Assembly: GCA_052388375.1 (NCBI GenBank)
Contig: JBQTIG010000081.1
Location: 20,215 to 84,214 of the forward strand
DNA from: Planctomycetaceae bacterium
Lineage (GTDB): Bacteria > Planctomycetota > PLA2
Direction of reading: 5' to 3'
DNA length: 64,000 bases
In this document: positions 26,988 through 36,001 of the stretch, in pieces
Layout of the letters: each line of letters starts with the position of its first letter
Numbering within the stretch: position 1 is the first letter of the stretch
Program-made: the position numbers and the translations under genes
The notes under the pieces: generated by a model
The model's database searches: none
What the model saw: only the letters and a program-made list of their open reading frames with translations
Told to the model about the DNA's origin: nothing

Positions 26988-27791
26988 CTACCCGGCGCTC
27001 GGGACGGGCAAAGAGAATTCCTCTTCCATGGCCGTGGCAGCATGGAACCTGCGAGCGAGCACCCGCTCGAGCCACTCGAGGAGGACGCCGCGCAGCTCGC
27101 GCAGCGTCGCGGGCGCGGCCTGGCGCTGCAGCGCGCGCGTCGCGGGCTCGCGTCGAAGGAGGGCGAGCAGGGTGAGGGAGTCGCGGGAGACGCTTCGCGC
27201 GCCCGGCTCGCCCTGCCCGCAGGCGGCGTGGAGGATGCCCCCGCGTCCCGCGCTCAGCAGAGGCAGCTCCGCGCGCCCCAGGGGGAGCCCGCACTCCACG
27301 CAAGCGCCCAGCTGCGGCGCGTGCCCCGAGAGCTCGACGGCGCGCGCCAGGAAGAGCGTGGCTGCGAGGGGAAGCCGTTCGCGCGGCGCGCGATCGAGCA
27401 CCTTCAGCGTGTAGGCGGCGAGGCGGAAGAGCTCGGGGGAGGGCTCCTCCTCGCGCATGAGGTCGGCGGTCACCTCCAGGACGAGGGTGGCCGCGCAGAA
27501 CCGCGCCGGCACGCCGCGCAAGCGCGGGAACGGTTCGCGGGCGGTCGAGGCGTTGAGGAAGCAGAGTCCCTCCCCCGCGCGTCGCCCCAGTCGCACGCGG
27601 TAGAGCACGCCGCGATCCAGCGGCCCCAGGAAGCTGTTGCGCGTCCGCTTCGCACCCTTGGCCAGGGCGTGCACGGTTCCGCGGTCGGAGGTGAGGAGCA
27701 CCGCCACCGCCGAACTCTCGCCGAACTCGTGGAGGCGGGCGACGAGCGCGTCGGTGGCGCCGGGGGTCTTGGGCCTACGCGCCCTGGCCAC
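26988..27791 (-). CDS. recO: DNA repair protein RecO
   Basis: 267 aa. N-terminal OB-fold region and a C-terminal Cys cluster CVECG...C. Confidence 0.7.
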   Translation of the reverse strand: MARARRPKTPGATDALVARLHEFGESSAVAVLLTSDRGTVHALAKGAKRTRNSFLGPLDRGVLYRVRLGRRAGEGLCFLNASTAREPFPRLRGVPARFCAATLVLEVTADLMREEEPSPELFRLAAYTLKVLDRAPRERLPLAATLFLARAVELSGHAPQLGACVECGLPLGRAELPLLSAGRGGILHAACGQGEPGARSVSRDSLTLLALLRREPATRALQRQAAPATLRELRGVLLEWLERVLARRFHAATAMEEEFSLPVPSAG

Positions 27792-29178
27792 TGCGCGTCG
27801 CCGCCCCGGGGTGGGTCCCCTCCACGGTCACCTTGACCCGGTGGATCCGCCGTTCGTCCGCCTCCAGCACCAGGAAGCGCACGCCCTCCAGATCGACCTG
27901 CTCGCCCTTCGCCGGGATCTTGCCCAGGCGGGAGAGCAGCAGGCCGCCGATGGTCTCGTACGCGTCGCTCTCCGGCACCTCCAGGCCGAGCGCCCGGTTG
28001 AGCGTCTCGATGGTGGTCCCGGCGCGCACCGTCGCCCCATCGTCGTCGATCCGCATCTCGTCGTCGCCGCCGGCGCGCTCGTGCTCGTCGCCGATCTCTC
28101 CCACGATCTCCTCGAGGATGTCCTCGAGGCTCACCACGCCCGCGGTGCCCCCGTACTCGTCGAGAACGATGGCGAGGTGGACCTGGCGCGCGCGCATGTC
28201 GTGGAGCACGTCCTGGATGTTCTTGCTCGACGGCACGAACATCGGCTGGCGCATCACCTTCGCCACCGTCGGCGGCGGCTCGCGACGCAGCCAGTAGGGC
28301 AGGAGGTCACGCACGTAGAACATCCCCGCGATGTCGTCGCGGCTCCCTCGGTAGACGGGAAGGCGCGAGAGGCCGTGGTCCACCGCCAGCCGCGCCGCCT
28401 CCTCGCCGCTGGTGTCGATCGGGACGCAGATCATCTCGGTGCGCGGCGTCATGATCGCCTCCGCGGTCACGGCGCTCAGATCGATGACCCCCTCGATCAT
28501 CTTGCGCTCGGCGTCCTCCAGCAGCCCTTCCCGCCGCCCCTCCTCCACGGCGGACAAGATCTCGTCCTTGAGCTCCTCGCTCGGATCGACGGCGCGGGAG
28601 GGTCGCACCAGCCGCAGGGTCGTGCGGTGGAGCAGGCGAGCCAGGGGCCGGATCGGCCCGACCGCCCGATCGTAGAAGAGGATCCCGCGCAGCAGGAACC
28701 CGACCCCCCCGCGCAAGGCGAGGATGTAGGGGAGCCCGACGAAGACGAGGGGGAAGACGGCGGCGAACAGGATGGACGCGATGACCACCACCGTGCCCGG
28801 GGGTTGCGCCTCGAAGAGGCCGACGACCAGGGCGACGACGCCGGCCAGCTGGCTGATCCCGCGCCCCAGCTTCGAGAGAAAGATCGTCTCGTCCTCCCGC
28901 CCCAGGATCGACTTGAGCCTCTCCTCGAGATCTTGGCGGCGCGCCTCCTCGAGGAGGCGGACGGCGGCCAGGTGCGTGAGGGTGTTCTCGAAGAGCGCGA
29001 AGAGGAACCCGGCGAGGAGGCTCAGGCTTCCGAGCCAGAAGTAGGCCGCCGGGGTCCAAGCCAGGAGTTGGGGGGCGGCGAGAAGCGGCAGGGCCGCGGC
29101 GGCGTGGAGGGAAGTGAAGCGGACCGGGGATTCCTGGGGAATCCGCCCTGGCGCCGCTGAAGTGCTGTTCCGTGACAC
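27775..29178 (-). CDS. CNNM/CorC-HlyC family protein (DUF21-CBS pair-CorC_HlyC), putative Mg/Co efflux
   Basis: 467 aa. Four TM helices in a DUF21 region, tandem CBS domains and the C-terminal CorC_HlyC domain. Confidence 0.75.
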   Translation of the reverse strand: MSRNSTSAAPGRIPQESPVRFTSLHAAAALPLLAAPQLLAWTPAAYFWLGSLSLLAGFLFALFENTLTHLAAVRLLEEARRQDLEERLKSILGREDETIFLSKLGRGISQLAGVVALVVGLFEAQPPGTVVVIASILFAAVFPLVFVGLPYILALRGGVGFLLRGILFYDRAVGPIRPLARLLHRTTLRLVRPSRAVDPSEELKDEILSAVEEGRREGLLEDAERKMIEGVIDLSAVTAEAIMTPRTEMICVPIDTSGEEAARLAVDHGLSRLPVYRGSRDDIAGMFYVRDLLPYWLRREPPPTVAKVMRQPMFVPSSKNIQDVLHDMRARQVHLAIVLDEYGGTAGVVSLEDILEEIVGEIGDEHERAGGDDEMRIDDDGATVRAGTTIETLNRALGLEVPESDAYETIGGLLLSRLGKIPAKGEQVDLEGVRFLVLEADERRIHRVKVTVEGTHPGAATRSGQGA

Positions 29179-29192
29179 GGGAGCCTTCCAGT

Positions 29193-29762
29193 CTATCCCG
29201 GCATCCCACCTCCCGCCCCGGCCCCTCCCCGACGCCCGGTAAGCCCCTGCTCGGCAAGGGCTTGCGTGCGGGAGCGCAGGGCGTGGGTAATGGCCGTGGC
29301 CAGGGCGTCGGTGGCATCGAGGGGGGTGGGGGGGGCGGCGAGGCCCAGGATGGCGCCCACCATGCGTGCCACCTGGGGCTTGAGCGCCCGGCCGTTTCCG
29401 GCCACGGCGCGCTTGATGGTGGCCGGCGCGTAGGAGGAGACGGTCAGGCCCGCCTCCCCGAGGACCGACAGGATCGCCCCGCGGGCGTGGCCGATGGCGA
29501 GGGCGGCGCGCGGATCGTTCCGCACAAAGACATCCTCCACCGCGGCCTGTCCGGGACGGTGCCTTTCCAAGAGCGCGCGCAGGCCGCGCGCGAGCGTCGC
29601 GAGTCGGGACGCCAGCGGATCGTTTGCGGGCGCGACGAGCACGCCGGCGTCGAGGAAGGCGAGACGGCCGCCGCGCGCCTCCACCAGCCCATAGCCGAGG
29701 CGCAGTGTGCCCGGATCGATGCCCAGGATCCTCGCCGCCGATCCGGAGGGGGCCGCCGCCAC
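29193..29762 (-). CDS. ruvC: Crossover junction endodeoxyribonuclease RuvC
   Basis: ILGIDPGTLRLGYGLVE... catalytic Asp/Glu pattern of RuvC. Confidence 0.85.
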   Translation of the reverse strand: MAAAPSGSAARILGIDPGTLRLGYGLVEARGGRLAFLDAGVLVAPANDPLASRLATLARGLRALLERHRPGQAAVEDVFVRNDPRAALAIGHARGAILSVLGEAGLTVSSYAPATIKRAVAGNGRALKPQVARMVGAILGLAAPPTPLDATDALATAITHALRSRTQALAEQGLTGRRGGAGAGGGMPG

Positions 29763-29764
29763 CG

Positions 29765-31330
29765 TCAGTTCCGGGCCTTCTCGGCGGCCGCCTGCGCCTC
29801 CTTCTGCGCCTTCTCGAAGGCGGGGTTGAGCTTCTTGTCGACGAAGATGCGGAGCGCCTTCTCGAAGATGTCGGGCTCCTCCATGAAGGGCATGCGGGCC
29901 GACTTCTTGCAGGTCACCGTGATGTTGTCCACGTAGAAGCGCTGCATCCTCTTGATGTCATCGGCGGTCTGGAGCCGGTTGGATTCGTTCTCGAAGTACA
30001 TGAGGACGGGGACGCGGCTCACGTTATCGCCGCGGATGTCGAACTCCGGCACCGCCAGGGTGCCCTGGGGGTCGCGCCAGAAGTTGCGGAGAAACGCCAC
30101 CTCCAGGTCGACCTGGTCGCGCACGCGGACGGAGCAGTCGGTGTAGTCGAACCGCTCGCGCTCCAGGGGCGAAGCCGGACGGATCTCCTTACGGTTCACC
30201 TTCGCCCAGAACTCGTCGTCGGGGTCGTCGCTGCGCACCAGCTCGTCGAGGCGCTTGCTGTAGGTCTCGTTGCTCGCGTAAGGGTTGAGGAGGACGAGGC
30301 CCAGAACGCGGTCGGGATACTTCTGCGCGTACTTGGCCGCGATCCAAGTGCTGAACCCGTGCGCGAGGATGGCCAGTTTCTCGACATTGCGCTTCTTCCG
30401 CATGTCCTCGAAGGCGTCCACCAGGATCTCGACCGGGTAGTACGGGTCGTTGTCGGAATCGAACTGGAGCCCGGGGAAGGAGCGGATGGGGGGAAGATTG
30501 ATGAACAGCCACTTCACGAAGAGCCACTGGTTGAAGTAGGGCATGTAGTAGAGCGTGCTGAAGTGGACCTCGGGGAGCACGATGACCAGGGGGCCCGTGC
30601 CGCGCCGCGCGAAGGTGTCGTTGAAGTCGAGCTTGACGCCGCCGAAGGTGCCCACGTCGAACCGCTTGGGCGGCTCGAGGGTCTTCTCCTTGTTCGCTTC
30701 CCAGTACATCTTCCACTGGATCACGTCGGTGTGGTAGTACTGCCCGACGATCTCCTCGAGGTTGAAGAGCAGCACGCTGTGCACGCGCGCGTTGAGCTCG
30801 CCCTCTTGGATCACCTTCCCGTTCATGTCGATCTCGCGGATCATCGAGATCATTTTCGGGACCGCCTCCTTGATGCGCTGCTGGCCCGCCGCGAAGCAGG
30901 CCATGCGGCGCACCTCCCAGTCCTTGTCGGAGAGCGCTTCGAGGATGACGGGTGGATCGAGGCGGTGCTTGATCATGCCCAGGGCGGCGATGATCCCCTC
31001 GCGCACCATCTTGTCCTTGTGCTGGGCTTGCTCGAGCAGCTTGGCGCGCAGCTCCGGCACCTGGATGCGCGCGAGACGGTCGGCTGCGGTGGCGCGAATC
31101 CACCAGTTCTTCGACTGCAGCAGCTTCTCGTCGTCGATGATGAACCTGATGGTGCGCTCGTCCGTGGTGGGGAGCGCTTCGAGCGCGCGCTTCTTGAACG
31201 CCACCGACTTCTTCTTGAAGTCGTCCTTGAAATTCTGGACCGCCGTATTCCAGGCGGCGTCATCGACGCCGGCCAGGATGGGACCCAGGGCGAGGGCCAG
31301 GGTGAGGGTCGTGAGGAGCAGTGCGCGCAT
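29765..31330 (-). CDS. Secreted HEAT-repeat / alpha-beta-hydrolase-fold two-domain protein
   Basis: Likely start MRALLLTTLTLALALG (signal peptide); the ORF-track start 31399 is possible. The N-terminal 200 aa have HEAT-like repeats (RATAADRLARI, DKDWEVRRMACFAAG). The C-terminal region has the LAHGFSTW/GLVLLNP pattern of alpha/beta hydrolases. Confidence 0.5.
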   Translation of the reverse strand: MRALLLTTLTLALALGPILAGVDDAAWNTAVQNFKDDFKKKSVAFKKRALEALPTTDERTIRFIIDDEKLLQSKNWWIRATAADRLARIQVPELRAKLLEQAQHKDKMVREGIIAALGMIKHRLDPPVILEALSDKDWEVRRMACFAAGQQRIKEAVPKMISMIREIDMNGKVIQEGELNARVHSVLLFNLEEIVGQYYHTDVIQWKMYWEANKEKTLEPPKRFDVGTFGGVKLDFNDTFARRGTGPLVIVLPEVHFSTLYYMPYFNQWLFVKWLFINLPPIRSFPGLQFDSDNDPYYPVEILVDAFEDMRKKRNVEKLAILAHGFSTWIAAKYAQKYPDRVLGLVLLNPYASNETYSKRLDELVRSDDPDDEFWAKVNRKEIRPASPLERERFDYTDCSVRVRDQVDLEVAFLRNFWRDPQGTLAVPEFDIRGDNVSRVPVLMYFENESNRLQTADDIKRMQRFYVDNITVTCKKSARMPFMEEPDIFEKALRIFVDKKLNPAFEKAQKEAQAAAEKARN

Positions 31331-31447
31331 CGTCGGGCTCTCCGCAATTCTCGTTCCGGGCCGCCGCTTGCCCCCCGGAGGGACAGGCGCGCCCGTCACC
31401 AGAGTATCAGGAGAAGCCCGCGCACGGGGGAGCCGTTTTGCGCCCGG

Positions 31448-32119
31448 CTACTCCGACACCGTCCATCGCTGAGCCACGATCAGGTCATCCGGGCTCGTGA
31501 TCTTGAGGTTGCGCGGGTCCCCCGCCACAGCGGCGACGGGCAGGCCCAACTCCTCCACCAAGCCGGCGTCGTCGGTGGCGTCCCGGGTCGAGGCAGCCAG
31601 GGCGCGACGCAGGATCGAGAGGACGAATCCCTGCGGGGTCTGGGCCGCCGCGAGAGTGGACCGGTCCGGCGTCCCGACCACCTCCCCTTCCGCAATCCGC
31701 TTCACCGTGTCCACCAGAGGCACCACCGGGATGGCCGCGCCGGTCACGACGACCGCCGCCTGCACGCGGGCGATCAGCTCCCCGCTGACGAGCGGCCGCG
31801 CGACGTCGTGCACGAGGACGTGGTCGGTGTCGTCCCGGAGCGCCGCGAGTCCGCAGGCGACCGAGTCGCGCCGCCTCGCGCCGCCGGGCACGATGCGCCA
31901 CCCCTCGAGCCGCACGCTGCCGCAATCCTCCGCGCGCAGCACCGCGACGCGGTCGGGGAGGAAGGCGAACGCGCGGGCGCAGCGCTCGAGGAGCGTCACG
32001 CCCGCCAGGGTCGCGAGCGCCTTCGGTCCCCCGAACCGGTTCCCCCCGCCCGCGCCCACCAGCACCACGCCCCAGCGCGGCGGCACGGCGGACGGGGAGT
32101 GGGAGCGAGAGGACAACAA
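31448..32119 (-). CDS. ispD: 2-C-methyl-D-erythritol 4-phosphate cytidylyltransferase
   Basis: 223 aa. GVVLVGAGGGNRFGGPKA..., VLVHDVARP and other IspD motifs. Confidence 0.85.
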   Translation of the reverse strand: MLSSRSHSPSAVPPRWGVVLVGAGGGNRFGGPKALATLAGVTLLERCARAFAFLPDRVAVLRAEDCGSVRLEGWRIVPGGARRRDSVACGLAALRDDTDHVLVHDVARPLVSGELIARVQAAVVVTGAAIPVVPLVDTVKRIAEGEVVGTPDRSTLAAAQTPQGFVLSILRRALAASTRDATDDAGLVEELGLPVAAVAGDPRNLKITSPDDLIVAQRWTVSE

Positions 32120-32281
32120 GGGGAGAGGATACCGTCCTCGAGGGAATGCCGGCAGGCGCGACGCGCGGAAGGGGGGCGGGGGCGGGCGCGACTCCGCCGC
32201 GAGCCGCGGGGAAGAGGCGCGAGAAGGGGGCCTGGGGCGTTTGCGCGGGAGAGCCGCTCCTTCCGGCGAGGCTCTCCGTTA

Positions 32282-32442
32282 GGAGCCTATCCGAAAACCC
32301 GGCTCCATTCGGCCGGCTGCGCGGGCCGATCGCTTCTCCTCTCCTCCATCGCCGTAGTTCGCCAATACGGCTTCGTCGTCGCGGCTCGCGTTCGGCCCGC
32401 TCGCTCGGCCTCGGTGTTGACGCCGGGTTTTCGGATAGGCTC
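32282..32442. mobile_element. MITE-like repeat element, copy 2 (reverse orientation of copy 1), inserted between divergent ispD and ispF
   Basis: Near reverse-complement of 14538-14688 (roughly 85-90% identity by eye), with the same GGAGCCTATCCGAAAA / TTTTCGGATAGGCTC termini. Confidence 0.75.
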
Positions 32443-32467
32443 TAGGCAAGAGTAGGATGGTCCCCCC

Positions 32468-32944
32468 ATGCGCGTGGGGAGCGGATTCGACATCCACCGG
32501 CTCGGGGCGCCGCGGCCGTTGCGGCTGGGCGGCGTCGCGATCCCGGAGGGGCCGGGGCTGATCGGCCACAGCGACGCCGACTGCCTGCTCCATGCCCTCG
32601 CCGACGCCCTGCTGGGCGCTGCGGGGCTCCCCGACATCGGCCACCACTTCCCCCCCGGCGAACCCAGGTTCAAGGACGCCGACAGCGCCCTGCTCCTCCT
32701 GGAGGTGCGCCGCCTGGTCGCCGGCGCGGGGTTCCGCGTCGCCAACGTCGACTGCACGGTTCTGGCGGAGCGCCCGCGCCTCGAGCCCTACCGCGAACCG
32801 ATGCGCAAGCGCATCGCGGAGCTCCTCGGGCTCGCGCCGGGATCCGTCGGAGTGAAATTCGGCACGATGGAGGGGCTCGGCGCCGTCGGCCGCGGGGAGG
32901 GCATCGCCTGCCAGGCGGTCTGCCTCCTCGAGGAGGGGCCGTGA
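32468..32944 (+). CDS. ispF: 2-C-methyl-D-erythritol 2,4-cyclodiphosphate synthase
   Basis: MRVGSGFDIHRL...GHSDADCLLHALADA, the IspF signature. Confidence 0.9.
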   Translation: MRVGSGFDIHRLGAPRPLRLGGVAIPEGPGLIGHSDADCLLHALADALLGAAGLPDIGHHFPPGEPRFKDADSALLLLEVRRLVAGAGFRVANVDCTVLAERPRLEPYREPMRKRIAELLGLAPGSVGVKFGTMEGLGAVGRGEGIACQAVCLLEEGP

Positions 32945-34356
32945 GGCTGCACAACACGCTCTCCGGCCGCGTGGAGGAGTTCGCTCCGCTGCACTCGGGC
33001 GAGGCGCGGCTCTACCACTGCGGGCCGACGGTCTATTCGCGGCCGCACATCGGCAACTACCGCGCCTACATGATGGCCGACCTGCTCCGCCGGACCTTCG
33101 AGTACCTCGGCTGGCGCACGCGCCAGGTGATGAACATCACCGACGTGGGGCATCTCACCGAGGACGAGGCGGCCGACGCCAGCGGCGAAGACAAGCTGGA
33201 AAAGGCGGCGCGCGGCCGCAAGCTCGACCCTTGGCAGATCGCCCGGGAGGTGGAGGGCTGGTTCCACGAGGATCTGGCGCTGCTCCGCATCCTTCCGGCG
33301 CACCGCTACCCGCGCGCCACCGAGCACATCCCCGAGATGATCGCGCAGATCGAGACGCTCATCGCGAAGGGGCACGCCTATGCCGTCGACGGAAACGTCT
33401 ACTTCTCCGTGAAGAGCTTCGCGGAGTACGGCAAGCTCTCCGGCAACACCCTCGACAAGTTGGAGGCGGGCGCGCGCGTGGAGGTGCGTGAGGAGAAGCG
33501 GGACCCGCTCGACTTCGCCCTCTGGAAGCGGGACGAAAAGCACCTCATGCAGTGGGACTCCCCCTGGGGGCGCGGGTTCCCGGGCTGGCACATCGAATGC
33601 TCCGCGATGTCGATGAAGTACCTGGGGGACACCATCGACATCCACACCGGCGGGCCGGACAACCGGTTCCCGCACCACGAATGCGAGATCGCCCAGGCGG
33701 AGGGGGCCACCGGCAAGCCCTTCGTCCGCTTCTGGGTCCACAACGCTTTCCTGGAGATCGGCGGGACGAAGATGGCGAAGCGGGCGGGGACGCTCTTCCT
33801 CCTCCCCGAGCTCGTCGCGATGGGGTACGAGGGCGCCGACATCCGCGCGGCCCTGCTCCAGCCGCTCTACCGCTCGCCCATCCAGTTCGATCTCGAGGCG
33901 CTCGACGCGGCGCGCGCCGGGCGGGCGCGGCTCGACAATTTCGTGAACCACGAGATGTCGGCGCGGCCCGCGGGCCCGCGCAAGCCGGAGGCGGGCGCCG
34001 CCATCGCGGCGGCGCGGACCGGCTTCCGCGCGGCGCTGGAAAACGATCTCAACACTCCGGAGGCCTTCGCCGCGGTGCATGAGATGGTCACCGCCTTGAA
34101 CCGGCTCGGCGTGAACCGTTCCGACGCCGACGACGCGGCGGCGGCCATGCGCGACTTCGACCGCGTCCTCGCGATCCTCGACGCCCCGCCCGCCGCCCGG
34201 GCGCCCGACACCGAGGTGGAAGCGCTGCTGGCCGAGCGCGAGGCGGCGCGCAAGGCGCGCGACTTCGCCCGCGCCGACGCGTTGCGCGACGAGCTGGCCA
34301 AGCGCGGCGTCGAGATACTCGACACGCCGCAGGGCACGCGCTGGAAGCGCTCCTAG
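32941..34356 (+). CDS. cysS: Cysteine--tRNA ligase
   Basis: 471 aa. CGPTVYSRPHIGN (HIGH), KMAKR (KMSKS-like), and a zinc-binding Cys. Its start overlaps the ispF stop. Confidence 0.9.
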   Translation: MRLHNTLSGRVEEFAPLHSGEARLYHCGPTVYSRPHIGNYRAYMMADLLRRTFEYLGWRTRQVMNITDVGHLTEDEAADASGEDKLEKAARGRKLDPWQIAREVEGWFHEDLALLRILPAHRYPRATEHIPEMIAQIETLIAKGHAYAVDGNVYFSVKSFAEYGKLSGNTLDKLEAGARVEVREEKRDPLDFALWKRDEKHLMQWDSPWGRGFPGWHIECSAMSMKYLGDTIDIHTGGPDNRFPHHECEIAQAEGATGKPFVRFWVHNAFLEIGGTKMAKRAGTLFLLPELVAMGYEGADIRAALLQPLYRSPIQFDLEALDAARAGRARLDNFVNHEMSARPAGPRKPEAGAAIAAARTGFRAALENDLNTPEAFAAVHEMVTALNRLGVNRSDADDAAAAMRDFDRVLAILDAPPAARAPDTEVEALLAEREAARKARDFARADALRDELAKRGVEILDTPQGTRWKRS

Positions 34357-34519
34357 GTGGCCTCGCCCGGCCGCTCGGGCCCCGGCCGACGATGCCCCAT
34401 CCGACGATGCAGCATCCGCAAAGACCCCGCCCCCCCGCCACCAAGGGACGCTGCTCCCGGCCCGCGATGCCCCGCGAGCGCCGAGCCGCCACCGGACTGC
34501 GCTAGAATCGCCGCCTCGC

Positions 34520-35980
34520 GTGTCCCTCCTTGCACGGCTCCGCCGCCTCCACGCGCCTCGTCGCGACGGACCGACCCGCCGCGAGATGCTGGTGCAGAGC
34601 CTGCTCGCCGGCGCGGCGCTCCTCGCCGGCTGCCGCACCCCGTCGCGCCGCCGCGGGTCGCGGGTGATCGTCGTGGGCGCCGGGTTCGCCGGCCTCGCGG
34701 CGGCCCACGAGCTGGCGGCGGCCGGCTATGAAGTGACGGTCCTGGAGGCGCGCAAGCGGCTGGGCGGGCGCGTGCGCACCTGGCGCGATCTCCCGCGGGG
34801 AAAAACGGTGGAGGGGGGCGGGGAGCTGATCGGCTCCAACCACCCGCTCTGGGTGGCCTACAAGGACCGGTTCGGCCTCACCTTCCTCCCCGTCACCGAG
34901 GAAGAAGGAGAGGCGCCCATCGTCCTGGACGGAAGGCGGCTCACTCCCGAGGAGTCGTCGCGCCTCTGGGAAGAGCTGGACGGCGCCCTGCGCGCGATGA
35001 ACGGCGACGCCGAAGCGGTGGACGCGACGTCGCCCTGGCTCAGCCCGGGGGCCGCGGCCCTCGACGCGCGGAGCGTTGCCGGCTGGCTCGCCGGCCAGCC
35101 GCTGGGCGCGACGTCCCGGGCGGCGCTGGCCGCGCTCCTCTCCTCCGACAACGGCGTTCCCGTGGCGCGGCAAAGCTATCTCGCCCAGCTCGCGCAGATC
35201 AAGGGCGGCGGCATCGACCGCTACTGGGACGAGAGCGAGGTCTATCGCTGCGCGGAGGGGAACCAGGAGTTGGCCCTGCGCCTCGCCGCCTCCGTGGGCG
35301 CGGAACGGATCCTGCTCGGCACGCCGGTGACGTCGATCCGCTTCGGACGCTCGCCGGTGGAGGTGACCTTGGGGGACGGTTCGACGCGGGAGGCCGACGA
35401 CCTCATCCTCGCGGTGCCCCCCAGCGTCTGGGGCCGCATCTCCATGCACCCGCCGCTCCCGCGCGAGCTCGCGCCGCAGATGGGTTCCAACGTCAAGTAC
35501 CTCATGGCGGTGCGGCGTCGCTTCTGGCGCGCCGAGGGGCGCTCCCCCGACAGCCTCTCCGACGGGCCGGTCGCGCTCACCTGGGATGGGACCGATGGCC
35601 AGCCCGGCGAAGAGGGCGCCTGCCTCAACGCCTTCAGCGGCGGCGACGCGGCGGATCTCTGCCGCGCATGGACGGCGGACCGGCGCCGCGTCCTCTACCT
35701 CGCCGAGCTGGCGCGCCGCTACGACGGCCTCGGGGAGTCCCTCGCCGCCGCCCGGTTCATGGACTGGCCCTCCGACCCCTGGACGAAGGCGGGCTACTCC
35801 TTCCCCGCCCCCAACCAACTCTTCACCCAGGGGCCGCTGCTCGCGCGAGCCCTGGAGGGCCGTCTCCACTTCGCCGGCGAGCACTGCTGTCCGGCGTTCG
35901 TCGGCTACATGGAGGGTGCGCTCCAGTCGGGAGTGGCGGTGGCCCGGCGCCTCGCCCTTCGCGACGGGGGCGTTTCCTGA
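34520..35980 (+). CDS. Flavin-containing amine oxidase family protein, Tat/lipoprotein-type signal
   Basis: N-terminal RREMLVQSLLAGAALLAGC (twin-Arg plus lipobox), then the FAD dinucleotide-binding motif VIVVGAGFAGLAAAHEL. The start may instead be the internal ATG at 34586. Confidence 0.7.
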   Translation: MSLLARLRRLHAPRRDGPTRREMLVQSLLAGAALLAGCRTPSRRRGSRVIVVGAGFAGLAAAHELAAAGYEVTVLEARKRLGGRVRTWRDLPRGKTVEGGGELIGSNHPLWVAYKDRFGLTFLPVTEEEGEAPIVLDGRRLTPEESSRLWEELDGALRAMNGDAEAVDATSPWLSPGAAALDARSVAGWLAGQPLGATSRAALAALLSSDNGVPVARQSYLAQLAQIKGGGIDRYWDESEVYRCAEGNQELALRLAASVGAERILLGTPVTSIRFGRSPVEVTLGDGSTREADDLILAVPPSVWGRISMHPPLPRELAPQMGSNVKYLMAVRRRFWRAEGRSPDSLSDGPVALTWDGTDGQPGEEGACLNAFSGGDAADLCRAWTADRRRVLYLAELARRYDGLGESLAAARFMDWPSDPWTKAGYSFPAPNQLFTQGPLLARALEGRLHFAGEHCCPAFVGYMEGALQSGVAVARRLALRDGGVS

Positions 35981-36001
35981 TCCGGGTTATCCTGGGACGC
36001 C

